Origin: a virus
Lineage: Duplodnaviria; Caudoviricetes
Strand: one strand, 5' to 3'
Length of the DNA stretch: 56,928 nt
Virus record (IMG/VR): IMGVR_UViG_3300026097_000028
Location: 1-56,928 of that record
Positions 55,676 to 56,928 of the stretch are shown one piece after another. Every line of letters starts with the position of its first letter. Position 1 is the stretch's first letter. Below the pieces are notes generated by a model. It saw nothing but the letters and a program-made list of their open reading frames with translations. It was not told the origin of the DNA and ran no database searches. The position numbers and the translations under genes are program-made.

Positions 55676-56928
55676 ATGGGAAAGACACTCTTAGAACTAT
55701 TTAAAGGTTCACCACAAGATAAAGCAGTTAAATCTGATACCGAAACACTCATCGAACAAGAAGTGAGTGGAATTCGTGTTAAATCACTTGTAGAGCTAAA
55801 TAATCCTCTTATCTATGGTAATGAAGCAACTCGTATTGCACTCCGCTCAACTCCTTTATTGGAAGATATTAAATCCAACGCTAATGGTGGAACTGCAGCT
55901 GGTGGTTTAATTGGTGGAAAAATAAATCAAGCAAGAGATTTTGTTAATTCTACTATTGGTATACCCGAAACCCAAACCCCCTCGAGATTAGTTGATAAAA
56001 TCGATGGAACCGCATCTAATGATAATCCATCTAAATCAATGCAAAAAAGATTGGATAAATTTGCTGAAAGAAATCCAAATCAGGTTAAAAACCCACATTC
56101 ACAGATTCCAATTACTAAAGATATAATTGGCTCAAATGGTACGGAATTTGGGAAGTTTTTAAAACAATCGGGTGGTGGTAATCCAAAGACAATTGGTAAA
56201 CAAGCACTTGGTAGTGGTATTGGTGTTGCAAAAGATAAACTAAGAGGTGTTTTATTTGGAGAAGGTCAAGAATCAGGAACTGCCAATGGTAATAAAGATT
56301 TTAAAGTAAATTATACAAGTAATGATAGAACGTATACTGATGTAAATAAATCCAAAAAATTAACACCCGATGAAAATAGTAGTGTACAAAAAGATTTAGA
56401 AGGAACTAAACTTGATTTATCATTAGTTTCTCCCATATATGGGACAGAACGAAAAGAAAGTATTGGTAGATTTGGTAAATCTGAATACGCATTTCAACAA
56501 TTAAACGATTCAAACGGAAATCCTATATGGAATCAACCACAATCTAACTACGACCCATCGAATAGATATTCTTCTAACATAAATAACGAAGGTGTTGTTA
56601 CACCATCACCCATCTCAACAAATAGTTTAGAAACTAAATATGGGATTGGTTCAAAAAATGATAAGTTAAATCAGTTATCTATAACTGATATTGAAAAATA
56701 TACAATAGATGAGTATGGTAATCTTAAAGATGGTGATACTACCATAGCTAAAGATTTAATTCCATTTAATATTGGTAAAAGGGGTCAAACTAAAATACCA
56801 TTTAGAGCAACTGTAACCGGAATTACAGAAAATGTATCTCCAACTTGGAACTCTAATAAATTTTTAGGAAATCCATTTAACTTCTACACTTATTCAGGAA
56901 TAGAACGTAGTGTATCTTTCAATTTTAA
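55676..56928 (+). CDS. Baseplate/tail-tube initiator-like protein, truncated by the window end
   Basis: ATG 55676 (MGKTLLELFKGSPQD..); no stop noticed before the edge; ends IPFRATVTGITENVSPTWNSNKFLGNPFNFYTYSGIERSVSFNF. Confidence 0.65.
   Translation, partial: MGKTLLELFKGSPQDKAVKSDTETLIEQEVSGIRVKSLVELNNPLIYGNEATRIALRSTPLLEDIKSNANGGTAAGGLIGGKINQARDFVNSTIGIPETQTPSRLVDKIDGTASNDNPSKSMQKRLDKFAERNPNQVKNPHSQIPITKDIIGSNGTEFGKFLKQSGGGNPKTIGKQALGSGIGVAKDKLRGVLFGEGQESGTANGNKDFKVNYTSNDRTYTDVNKSKKLTPDENSSVQKDLEGTKLDLSLVSPIYGTERKESIGRFGKSEYAFQQLNDSNGNPIWNQPQSNYDPSNRYSSNINNEGVVTPSPISTNSLETKYGIGSKNDKLNQLSITDIEKYTIDEYGNLKDGDTTIAKDLIPFNIGKRGQTKIPFRATVTGITENVSPTWNSNKFLGNPFNFYTYSGIERSVSFNF

Noticed and set aside
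1-56928. Stop-codon reassignment, as found in some large Bacteroidota phages
   Set aside because: Hallmark genes are full length under the standard code, and TAA, TAG and TGA all appear as real stops
1-56928. tRNA or rRNA genes
   Set aside because: Intergenic gaps are short and AT-rich; no cloverleaf or T-loop context recognised by eye (tRNAscan not run)

Overview
AT-rich (visually about 30% GC) segment of a large T4-like contractile-tailed phage (jumbo-phage-style myovirus). The host is probably a Bacteroidota/Flavobacteriia member, judging from a TTTG-N20-TAnnTTTA promoter, an 'FSQ' signal peptide and a phage bS21. All credible genes are on the + strand and use the standard genetic code. 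The window holds the virion morphogenesis region: large terminase, portal, a block of putative internal head proteins, prohead protease, bS21, scaffold, major capsid, neck/tail-terminator genes, about 22 kb of Ser-Gly-Ser-rich mosaic fibre genes (two with S74 chaperones, one with a Hint domain) with an embedded glycosyltransferase, then sheath, tube, a probable frameshifted chaperone, tape measure and a partial baseplate gene. Most notable: (1) a 1335-aa multi-enzyme protein (HxGH nucleotidyltransferase, Zn ribbon, GNAT, HD, ligase-like) whose domains are delimited by prohead-protease-type [ILV]-x-E sites, suggesting a capsid-packaged, proteolytically released enzyme payload; (2) neighbouring head genes built from modules joined at a conserved ESVNE / GAATCAGTAAACGAA junction; (3) bS21 together with strong Shine-Dalgarno sites on late genes; (4) a TA(T/C)TTATA late-promoter motif that is the reverse complement of the T4 late promoter. 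All family assignments come from motif recognition by eye; no database search was run.
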